This document shows, piece by piece, positions 1-8,487 of a stretch of 64,000 nucleotides of DNA. Origin of the DNA: Rhodothermales bacterium. GTDB taxonomy: Bacteria; Bacteroidota; Rhodothermia; Rhodothermales; Bin80. Position 1 is the first letter of the stretch, and every line of letters begins with the position of its first letter. Location: positions 3,079,015 to 3,143,014 of the forward strand of contig OZ244148.1 of the NCBI GenBank assembly GCA_965216255.1, given 5' to 3'. Below the pieces are notes generated by a model. The model ran no database searches, was not told the DNA's origin, and saw nothing but the letters and a program-made list of their open reading frames with translations. A program made the translations under genes and the position numbers.

Positions 1-77
1 GCGCGCACTTCGTTGATGGACGCCCCGTAGCTGAGGTAACCCAGCAATTCGGGCAAAAAAAAGGAACCGTTTATAAT

Positions 78-695
78 ATGGTCGCAGCGTTGCGCAAGTC
101 GGCGACCATCGACCACTTCAGATCACCCAGATCCGGCCCTAAACCCAAGCCCAAGACCCCTACGACCCAGCAACGAGATGCGCGGATCCTGGAGCTGCGC
201 ACCAGGCAACACCTGAGCAATGCACAAATCCATGCCCGCCTCAAAAAGGAAAAACTGCGCGCAGGCATCAACACGATCGGATTGGTGATTCGGGAGGCAG
301 GACTGCCAAGAATGAATCGTCGCTACTTTGGTCATGAACAGCGATTGATCCACGCCCCGCCTGCAGATCACCGCCAGTACAACACCGCGGACCACCAATT
401 CCATACGAAGTTTGGCGGGCTGTTTCTTTTCGTCAAGGACCTGATAACCACGGATCTGGAGGCGATGGCAGCCCATATGCCCGGTTCGGAGCAACTACCT
501 GCGGCGTGTGCTATCCGCTCCCTGCTTGCGCTCAAGCTGGGGGGTGGTTGGCGACATTTAGATATTACGGCGGCGACAAATAACAATAAAATGGGGCTTA
601 AGGTGTTTCTGGGCGTGGATGGGCGAATTGTTCCAGCCGATCCGCGTCCGAGATGGTTACCGATGAGCAGTTCCTTCTTCTTTTCAAGTTGGTAG
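78..695 (+). pseudogene. Transposase-like N-terminal fragment whose frame runs into the IS21-family element
   Basis: ORF 78-695. It has a basic HTH-like N-terminus (ILELRTRQHLSNAQIHARL) and an FGGLFLF...SLLALKL segment that resembles N-termini of uncharacterised DDE transposases. After about aa 160 the frame is low-complexity read-through. The family call is from memory only. Confidence 0.3.
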
Positions 696-1565
696 TGAAA
701 AAGGATGTACCCATAACAGCGGCAGCGGCCAAGGCTGGCATGTGCCAGACTACAGCGCGCAAATATGTGCGTCTGGGCAAGGTGCCGAGCGATACAAAGA
801 AGCCCCACACATGGCGCACGCGCAAGGATCCGTTCGCGGAGGTGTGGGATGAAACCAGGGCATTCCTGGAAGCCAATCCCGGCCTCAAGGTGAAGGCGCT
901 CTTTGGCGAGTTGCAGCGCAGGCATCCGGGCAGGTTCCAGCAGGGCCAGTTGCGTACGCTGCAGCGGCGTGTAAAGCAGTGGAAGGCCATGGAGGGGCCT
1001 CCGAAGGAAGTCTAATTCGATCAGGAGTATGCCCCCGGGGAGCGTGCGCAGTCCGACTTCAGGTGCCTCAACAAACTGGGGGTAACGATGAAGGGGGAGC
1101 CATTTGCGCATCTGTTGTATCGCTTTGTGCTGGCATATTCCAACTGGGAGGCCGACACGGTCTGCAGGTCGGAGAGCTTCGAGGCGCTCTCGGAAGGCCT
1201 GCAGCATGCGCTCGTGCGCTGTGCAGGCGTGCCCCGGCTGCACGCTTCGATAAGCTGCGCGGTACGCAACCTGAAGCGCAAGAGCGATGAAAACTTCACC
1301 GAACGCTATCAGGCACTGCTGCGCCATTACGGGATGGACTCTCAGCATACGCAGCCGGCGAGTCCACATGAGAACGGGAAGATTGAACAGCGGCACCACC
1401 GTCTGAAGCGGGTCACAAAGAATGAGCTCATCCTTCGTGGCACGGCCGATCGACGATTGGCCAGAATACTTCGAGAATCAGCAGGCCTACGAGGCCTTTC
1501 TCGAGAAGCTGTCTGGGCAGCTGAATGCGGAGCGCCAGGAGCGCTTCAAAGAGGAGCAGACCTTC

Positions 1566-1612
1566 CTGGGGCCCGAGAAACTGTCATATCTTGGGTCTGT
1601 AGAATGCCGCGG
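1566..1612. repeat. Target-site duplication CTGGGGCCC (1566-1574) plus one IS256-family terminal inverted repeat (1575-1612)
   Basis: GAGAAACTGTCATATCTTGGGTCTGTAGAATGCCGCGG matches the reverse complement of 2951-2988 at 37 of 38 positions by manual alignment. Confidence 0.9.
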
Positions 1613-2988
1613 CATGGAATTGGGGAATTAGAATTAGGCGGCTTGTTTGTCTACTTCTACGCTGTACTCGTGTGGGGTTGTTTCCAACACAAGGATGAGC
1701 AGCTGCGATCCAGTCAGCCTCCGCCAGCGTTTCTGCGCTTCCCGGGTCAGCTTGTAAACCATCATCAGTGTCGCCTCCCGGCTGCCGCATCCCTTGGTTT
1801 GCCGTGTACGTTTCCCTGCGCTCGCAAACGTGGACTCAATGGGATTCGAAGTCCGAAGGTGAACCCAGTGTTCGGGCGGGAACTGGTAGAAGCTCAAGAG
1901 CTCCTCTTGATCCTTGCGCAGACAGGTGAGCGCCTTCTCGTAGGCGCCTCCGAAGAGATTCTCGAAGGTATCGAGTGCCTTCATGGCATCCTTCCTGGAC
2001 GGTGCCGTATAGATGCCACGGAGCCTCTCTTTCGCAGCCCCCTGCAGCTTCTTGGGCAGCTTACCCGGCACGTTGGCCGTCTTGTGCACCCAGCATCGCT
2101 GTTGTAGCGTGGAGGGGTATACTTCATCCAGCGCAGCCCAGAAGCCCAGGCCTCCGTCTGCTGTGGCCGCCTTAGGCGCTACGTCCAAGCCTCGTTGTCC
2201 AGCAATAGCTCCTTCCAGGACAGCCTGCTTTCCCGCTCTGCGTCCAGAAGTCCTACGAGCTCTTTTCTTCCATCGGGTGTAACTCCAATAATAACAAGCA
2301 TACACGGGCGCTCGTTTCCCATGCGGACATTGAAGTATAACCCGTCAGCCCAGAGGTAAACATACCGTTTGCCCGCGGGGTCCCGCTTGTTCCATTGCCG
2401 GTATTCCTCTAGCCAGGCCCCCTTGAGTCGGCTGATCGACGATGGCGATAGGTTGCCAGCTTGCGGCCCAAGTATGGCCTCCAGGGCCAGAGCAAAGTCG
2501 TTGGTCGAAACTCCCCGCAGGTACAAGGCCGGAATGAGTGCATCAGCCGATCTTCGATCGGCCAACGACGGACTGCGGCGCATATAGCGCGGCAGTATGG
2601 CGCTGGTGAAGGTATGCCCTGTTCGAGGATCACGGACATGGGGTCGCTGGATCGCTAGCGGGCCCGCACCCGTGAGGATTTCTCTCTGCGGATGGTGGCC
2701 ATTGCGTTTGACGACTCGGTGGCCGTGCTCATTCCGCAGGTGTGCATGGGCCTTCACGTAGTCATCGGCTTGCCGCTCGAGCGCTGCCTGAAGCATGCGC
2801 CGGGCAGAGCTGCGCACCAAGTCATCCAGGGTGCTGAGTGCCTCCTCACGGGTAAGGAGTGAGTGTACGTTGGATTCTGTTGGGTCTGTCATACGATGTA
2901 GTCCGGATATGCCCGTTTAGGGCGATTGATGGGTACTCCACAAAGATACGCCGCGGCATTCTACAGACCCAAAATATGACAGTTTCTC
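1575..2988 (-). mobile_element. IS256-family insertion sequence (1414 bp) nested inside istA
   Basis: 38-bp terminal inverted repeats and a 9-bp target duplication enclose an IS256-type transposase frame (motifs DGLYFNVR, LGFWAAL, QRCWVHKTANV, SNPIES). Confidence 0.9.
1634..2892 (-). pseudogene. IS256-family transposase split by a single frameshift
   Basis: The N-terminal ORF 2179-2892 ends ...SWKELLLDNEAWT*. The C-terminal ORF 1634-2305 continues with ...QRGLDVAPKAATADGGLGFWAAL in another frame. The frame change maps to about 2192-2200. Confidence 0.85.
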
Positions 2989-2997
2989 CTGGGGCCC
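2951..2997. repeat. Second IS256-family terminal inverted repeat (2951-2988) plus target-site duplication CTGGGGCCC (2989-2997)
   Basis: This is the partner of 1566-1612. The 9-bp direct repeat is identical on both sides. Confidence 0.9.
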
Positions 2998-3619
2998 CTG
3001 CCAAAGCGGCGCCTGGAGAGCTACAAACGCTACCGCGTGCGGGTATCCAGGGGCAGCACGATACGCGTGAGAAAGAACAGCTACTCGGTGCAAAGCCAGC
3101 TTATCGGTGAGTGTGTCGACGTACGCGTCTTTGGCGAATGGGTCGAGGTGTGGTATGGGCAGCGCCTTATGGAGCGTATGCCGCGGCTCTTCGGCGAGAG
3201 CAAGTACCGGATCGAGTAGCGTCACGTGATCGACTCGCTGGTGCTGGGTCCGGGAGCGTTTGCCCACTACCGGTACCGGTCGGATCTCTTTGCCACGCAC
3301 CGGTTCCGGATGGCCTATGACGTGCTGCGGCGCACGCATAAGGAGTCTCACCGGGCAGACAAGGCCTATCTGCGCGTCCTGCATTTGGCGGCCAGGGAGA
3401 GCGAATCGGGCGTGGATGCGGCCCTCAGCGTCTTGCTTCAGCGCAGGGAGGCCATTACGGAGCAGGCTGTACGAGAATGGAGACACCGGTGCAGGCTCCG
3501 GCTCTTTGTGTAGCCGCTCCTGTGGTGGATCTGCGCTGTTATGATGGCCTTCTGGAGCAGGCCACGATGGCTGCTCTTTCGGTGGAGGCGGCGCCATGAA
3601 GACGCCGCGACAGCGGATC

Positions 3620-4391
3620 TGGAGCGGGCTGTACACACGGGACTGAAGGATCTGCGCTTGCCGGCCATACGGGCCTGTTACCAATAGAAGGCCGACTTGG
3701 CCCGACGGGAGTCGATGAGCGCTTCCTGCTGGAGCTCATAGAGCAGGAGCAGCAACAACGACATAGCAACCGAATTCATCGCTGGTTGCACCAGTTGCGG
3801 CTGCCACTGCAGAAGACGCTGGACACCTTCGATCGGGGCCGGTTGCCGGTACGGATAGACCACCACCTGAGCGTGCTCTTGGAGGGAGGCTTCTTGGAGA
3901 GCCGGCAGAACGTTCTGGCCTTTGGGCCTCCCGGCAGTGGCAAGACGCACCTGTTGTGTGCCCTGGGCCGCGAACTGATCTTCCAGCGGCGTCGCGAATA
4001 CCATTGCAGCACGCTCGTGCAGGAGATGCTCAGGGCCAAACGGGAGCTGCGCCTGCCACAGCTCCTGAAGCGGCTCCCGCGCTACCAGGCGCTCACCACC
4101 CGTGCCATAGGGTACGTCCAGCACAGCCGGCAGGAGACGGAGGTGCAGTTCCTACTTTTGTCGCAGCGCTACGAACAGGGCAGCGTTCTACTGACGAGCA
4201 ATCTGGCGTTTTCGCAGTGGGAGCGCATCTTCAAGGATCCGATGACCACGGCAGCGGCCATAGACCGGCTGGTACATCACAGCGTGATTCTGGAGCTGAA
4301 TCTGCCCAGCTATCGGCTGGAGGTCTCTAAGAGGCGCCAGGAGGCCGACCATCAAGCAGAGTCCGCTCCCGCAGAAGCCTTGCCGTCCTGA
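3620..4391 (+). pseudogene. istB: IS21-family helper ATPase IstB, N-terminus disrupted
   Basis: The C-terminal 201 codons (3786-4391) are intact and carry Walker A GPPGSGKTH. The upstream segment LKDLRLPAIRACYQ*KADLARRES has an in-frame TAG at 3685-3687. A frameshift near 3716-3722 precedes ERFLLELIEQEQQQRHSNRI. Confidence 0.8.
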
Positions 4392-5370
4392 CCGCCGTCC
4401 TCGCGGTCATAGCTACTCCTGACCGCCATAGGCTCCAGGACAGACGCGGTTCTGCCACATGCCGCGTGCAGACCGCTGACCTGTTCGGCGGGCGGGAGGA
4501 ACTCATGCAGTCCCGGCCTTACGCGAACGCAGCCGTTTCCAGGGGCCATGCGTCCCTCCGGTCGTTACCCGTGCCGGCCAGGGTCAAAAAACTGAACTCG
4601 GCCTTCCTTCTTATCTATCTTTTAATTGTCGTCGACCCCATTTACTATTGACGTTGATCACCTGGCACTGCTTCTTAGCAAAGGAGCGGATCCTGTCGGA
4701 GTTCTCTGCAGTGGAGGTGTCGGTATTGCAGGACCAGGGCACGGGCAAGCGCTACCTGGTGCCCGCGGCCACAGGCAGGCAGCAGATCAATCTCTACAAG
4801 GCGGTAGGTCTAACGCTGCAGCGGAATACGGTCCCGCTGAAAGAGGAGTCTGGGGAGTAGCTTTCTTGAACGGCGTTATTGTCCTCTAGTAAGGCGGTTG
4901 TGTTGTGTGCAGTCTGAACATTAGGCCCAGTACCAACAATACTTTACACCTCTGAAACCGTCGAAGTCAGGAAATCAACGGCCTGACAAGACACGTCGGA
5001 ACGCTTGGTGAGAGACTTGCCCGCATCGAAGGCTGGATAGAAGGCCGGTTTAACCAGGCCGCGTAGCCAGCTCACCTTCTCGCCGCCGCGATCGCGGCAT
5101 TCCGCGCCGCATTCCAGGGCCAATAGAGGCGCTCCACATGTCGTTCTCGCGGCCTTCGTCGCACCAGGACACGTCTGGAGCGAATTCGCACGATCTCAGC
5201 AGCCGTTACCGCAGCAAAAGCGGTATGACCATGAGCATCCATGTGCGTGCCGCCAAATATTCTTGCAGTTCTGCATAAGGTGTCACCGGCTCGTTCTGGT
5301 CGCTTCTTCCCCTTCTTTCGAGCGCGTTATTCCTTACCCTATGCCCGATCATACCATTTTAGGTCATGCC

Positions 5371-6078
5371 CTAATAAACAACTCTGAGCCACCCGTTTGT
5401 CCCCTTAACAGAGCCGAAGCAAGCAGGCCAAACGTCCTCACGGGCAGGCCCGTCGTCACTGTTACTTATGAGCACGTCTCCCGCGTCACACCACGCATTC
5501 TTCTGGTAGGGCCTTTCTTCATCCGGCGGCCTTTCTTCATCCAAAACCACAACCACAACCACAACATGCCCTGCAATCCAACAGGGCTTTTCTGGCGGCT
5601 CGCTTGATTCGAACATCTTCCTTATGTAATCGCCGCCGCCCGATTTCATAATTGAGTGTAGGACCTCTCTTGCCCTACTGTAATCATGATCCTCTAGGGA
5701 CTCGTAGGCCTGTATGAAAACGTTAGCCGCCCTTTCGTACTGTATGCCTTCGTCATAGTCTTCCTTGGCTGCGAGTTCCAAGGCTATGGTGGCATGAAGC
5801 CATTGGTCCTCCGTGCCCTCACGTACCAGCCGTCCCAATTCGTCGGCAAGCGCGTCCAGTTCCGCAGCCGAACGTGTGTCCATCGTCTGTCTCAGCACGG
5901 CTACTGCGCTCTCGCGGCCACTATTCGGGTTCGTCGCAATGGCGTCCAATGCCATTTGGGGCGTGGGCGCTTTCCACACCCCGTCCTCCATTATCATGCC
6001 CGGCTTATACTGCGCCGACGCGCAAGCTGGAATAAGGAACGCCAGTACAAGAAGCAGCTTTTTCATTTTGTCATCCAT
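5371..6078 (-). CDS. Secreted protein of unknown function (signal peptide, low-complexity tail)
   Basis: The N-terminus MDDKMKKLLLVLAFLIPACASAQ is signal-peptide or lipobox-like. The start overlaps the upstream stop as TAATG. The gene contains a Val7 run and a DEERP tandem repeat. Confidence 0.5.
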   Translation of the reverse strand: MDDKMKKLLLVLAFLIPACASAQYKPGMIMEDGVWKAPTPQMALDAIATNPNSGRESAVAVLRQTMDTRSAAELDALADELGRLVREGTEDQWLHATIALELAAKEDYDEGIQYERAANVFIQAYESLEDHDYSRAREVLHSIMKSGGGDYIRKMFESSEPPEKPCWIAGHVVVVVVVLDEERPPDEERPYQKNAWCDAGDVLISNSDDGPAREDVWPACFGSVKGTNGWLRVVY

Positions 6079-6437
6079 TAGTTACAGAACATCGGTGAGC
6101 CACGGCTCGGTATGGTCATAAAGCCATGCGCCCAACCTCGGCCGCCGCGGAACCAGAACGTCTGGGTTCCTCCGTCGAACGCTCCGGCGTAAGGGTCTAC
6201 TTTTGTTAGTGTCTGGCGGTAGAATATTCTCCACATCGACGCTGCAGTCGAGCCCACGGATCCCTTTCCTGTGACGGCCTCTATCTGGGCAATTGCCCGA
6301 GCAGTGCTCAGACATTCGTTGTAGCCGCTCTCGTGTTCTCTTTCGTGAACTTCTATTGCTCTCTCAGTCGCCCACATGCCGCCCGTTGTCCCGCAAGACC
6401 TGTTTAAAGAATAGTAGGATTGATCGATTCCTATCAA
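6078..6437 (-). CDS. Hypothetical 119-aa protein with an HExxH-like motif (VHEREHESGY)
   Basis: The ORF overlaps both neighbours, by 2 nt with the upstream stop and 1 nt with the downstream start. The annotated start is a TTG, so the true start is uncertain. I recognise no family. Confidence 0.35.
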   Translation of the reverse strand: MIGIDQSYYSLNRSCGTTGGMWATERAIEVHEREHESGYNECLSTARAIAQIEAVTGKGSVGSTAASMWRIFYRQTLTKVDPYAGAFDGGTQTFWFRGGRGWAHGFMTIPSRGSPMFCN

Positions 6438-7636
6438 TACAGACGAGCCAGAGCAAGTAGTGTCTGGGGTAGAATACGTTGGCCCATTGCGTGCATAGTC
6501 GAAATATGTAGTTCTGAGCTAAGTGCCGGAATCTTATCAATCATGTAATTGCCCGCCCACGGCCCTGAGCCCGTCTTGACGATGGGGCTGGGCGAAACAT
6601 CTGGGCCTATTCCATAGAATCCAAGTCTTCCTGGTATTGTCATCGGTTGGGTCGTATGCTGCGTAGCGGCATTCAATTTAGGCGGCCCCCAACCCGTCCG
6701 TGCATTTACGGTAATATGACCGGTAGTAGTGAATCCTCCCTGTGTAACCACAACGGTGATTGAGGTGGTTTCTGTTGCAGTGCCCATCCATATATAGCCA
6801 TCGTCACCTGACCGTGTTTCACTCGCCCCAACGCCGGAAGACCACTGATAAGTGAACTGGCTGGCGGTTACTGTTGGGTCATCGCTTGTAATGCTAACGG
6901 TACAGCCCGCGACACCGCCACGAGTTACAAAGGGATCACAAGCAAGGCTGAACTCGGGCCTGTCGCCACTGCCGCCGCCGCCACCGCCGCCTCCTCCGAT
7001 ATCCATATACACGCAGGTTATCTCCACTCTCCCTTCCCTGTCGCCGCAAGAGTCGTTGGGAGGATCTCCCACACATACCCCGCCCGTTCGAATAAAATCG
7101 CTCACCCAGCAAAAGTAAATGCCTTCCTCTGGCGCCTTGCCTGCCTTTTCCCTCCTCTCCAGCGACAGGCTGGCTGGCGTGAGCACGCTGTCCGCGGGGT
7201 TGTACAAGTACGCCTGCATCGCCTCGTAGCCGAGAGAGTATTCGGCTGCAAGAACCTTGTTCTCGCCATAGTTCTGATTCTGCCACTGCTTCACGTAGTC
7301 AAGGAAGAACGCGGGGTTAAGCGGGTCAGAACTAACGAACTCTACCAGGAGGGTTTCGATCACTTCCCCGTCGTTATCCAGATCCGCAACCAGCGTTCGC
7401 ACCACCGCAACGCTGTCATGCGAGAAGCTGACCGCGGGCTTGTCCGCACCAAGAATGGTTGCGACATGAAAGCCTCCATCGCCTCCCGTCCACATCGCGG
7501 CCTGACTCCAATCGGGCGGATACTGCCGTACCATTTCAGTGAGTACGGCGGCCGTCGTGCTGTCGCCATGGATCTTGCCGCCGAACTGCCTATGTGACTC
7601 CTGCTGCTGAATGGCCCTCTCGTAGAATGTCTTCAC
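6434..7636 (-). CDS. Hypothetical secreted protein: N-terminal domain, Gly9 linker, Ig/PKD-like beta domain, C-terminal domain
   Basis: 400-codon ORF with a GTG start. A lipoprotein-type signal peptide ORF (7641-7751) lies immediately upstream in another frame, so the gene is probably frameshifted or misread near 7641-7669. Confidence 0.5.
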   Translation of the reverse strand: MKTFYERAIQQQESHRQFGGKIHGDSTTAAVLTEMVRQYPPDWSQAAMWTGGDGGFHVATILGADKPAVSFSHDSVAVVRTLVADLDNDGEVIETLLVEFVSSDPLNPAFFLDYVKQWQNQNYGENKVLAAEYSLGYEAMQAYLYNPADSVLTPASLSLERREKAGKAPEEGIYFCWVSDFIRTGGVCVGDPPNDSCGDREGRVEITCVYMDIGGGGGGGGGSGDRPEFSLACDPFVTRGGVAGCTVSITSDDPTVTASQFTYQWSSGVGASETRSGDDGYIWMGTATETTSITVVVTQGGFTTTGHITVNARTGWGPPKLNAATQHTTQPMTIPGRLGFYGIGPDVSPSPIVKTGSGPWAGNYMIDKIPALSSELHISTMHAMGQRILPQTLLALARLY

Positions 7637-8339
7637 CGCTTCAACAAGCGAAACGCGCTCGGTCTCCGTTCACGTCGCTTAAGTCCATACTGTCGCAGCG
7701 TGCGAAGATAGCTGCTGCAACGGCTACAATTAACAAGATTCGTCTGCTCATTGTGGTGCCGTGTATCAGGTTGCACCTATCCATGCTAAGGCCTCTGCCT
7801 CATACAAGGCAGGCGAGTATAACATCCACAGCCCAATCATCAGAGTAAATCCGGCGAGTATATTACTCAATGAGACCTTTTTCATGACTTTCATAGCTAT
7901 ATACATGAATATTGGTTGAAGGAAGCTCCGGTAACAAAATATATTACCTGTGGAGATAGGATGTCACGTGTTTGGCCTGAAGCATATAGGGGCATTTACA
8001 TGGGATATAGCAGAATCGGGGGTCTAACAAGGAGCGGCATTTATGGTACGTAATCCTACGGGCCGAATGCTGGCTGCAAACGGGCGCTGCGACGCTGCCA
8101 GAGCGTACCAGTCAAACCGGGCAATTAATGGCGTAAGCTGGCTCATATGAGCATTTATGGCCGACTACGAGCTCCCAGCGCGCCGTTCTCATGGTCTTCG
8201 TCGCATCAGGGATGCGTCCGGGGCGCATTTACACGATCTGAGCGGCCGCTACCGCAATGGAGACAGAATAAACTTTATGTTGCGACCCCTTCTCCGCGAG
8301 CTCACAACAACGGCCGTCGCGGACGGGTTTTGGCATGAA

Positions 8340-8487
8340 TAAACCGCCGTACCGGACGGCCTAAAGACCTAGGCGTTGGCCCCGGTCCTGGTCGCGCCTC
8401 GAATCTGATTCTGCTGCAACATGCCGTGAAGCTACACAGCATGATTCAGAATGTTAAGAGAAAGATGTGGGTAAACGGCAGGCCTAG
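8340..8487 (-). mobile_element. 5'-end remnant of a second, diverged Tn5-like/DUF4338 IS
   Basis: 8450-8490 matches 11109-11149 at 34 of 41 positions in direct orientation. Both have the same 27-nt spacing to an ATG (8422-8420). The first codons MLQQNQI parallel MTAQNQI of the intact copy. The frame stops after 17 codons. Confidence 0.55.

Larger units (their letters stand above)
653..3513 (+). pseudogene. istA: IS21-family transposase IstA, multiply disrupted
   Basis: The HTH N-terminus occupies 653-1012, followed by an in-frame TAA at 1013-1015. The DDE core (PGERAQSDF..., ENGKIEQ) follows, with frame changes near 1240-1260 and 1425-1445. The IS256-family insertion lies after ...TFLGP (1574). 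The frame resumes with LPKRRLESYKRYRVRVSRGSTIRV. There is an in-frame TAG at 3217-3219 (YRIE*RHVIDSL), and the C-terminal segment runs to 3513. Confidence 0.85.
584..4650 (+). mobile_element. IS21-family insertion sequence, degenerate (istA and istB both disrupted); boundaries approximate
   Basis: istA-like then istB-like frames lie in the canonical order. The only candidate terminal inverted match I found is CAATA(A/GT)AAATGGGG at 584-596 against the reverse complement of 4636-4650. No target duplication was identified. Confidence 0.6.

Noticed and set aside
368-1399. Long antisense ORFs: 368-1399, 9138-9860, 15579-16388, 21090-21737, 31699-32991, 38910-39953, 57643-58203 and 60988-61596.
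   Set aside because: Each lies opposite a gene with clear family motifs. Their products are Arg/Pro/Gly/Ala-rich, as expected for stop-poor antisense frames in high-GC DNA. None has a recognisable motif.
4648-4860. A 70-aa ORF just after the IS21-family element (…GKRYLVPAATGRQQINLYKAVGLTLQR…), considered as the displaced C-terminus of the interrupted transposase at 78-695.
   Set aside because: No target duplication or matching break-point was found. The middle of any such gene would be missing. The evidence is too thin.
4900-5280. Minus-strand fragments (…GGTHMDAHGHTAFAAVTAAEIVRIRS…) that resemble a decayed phage-type HTH or HNH-associated gene.
   Set aside because: Only a short motif-like stretch exists across shifting frames. 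I cannot assign a family.
5545-5565. The hexamer and trinucleotide-type repeats (also 6971-6997), considered as phase-variation switches.
   Set aside because: The repeat units are multiples of 3 nt and lie in-frame within coding sequence. Slippage would alter length only, not switch expression.
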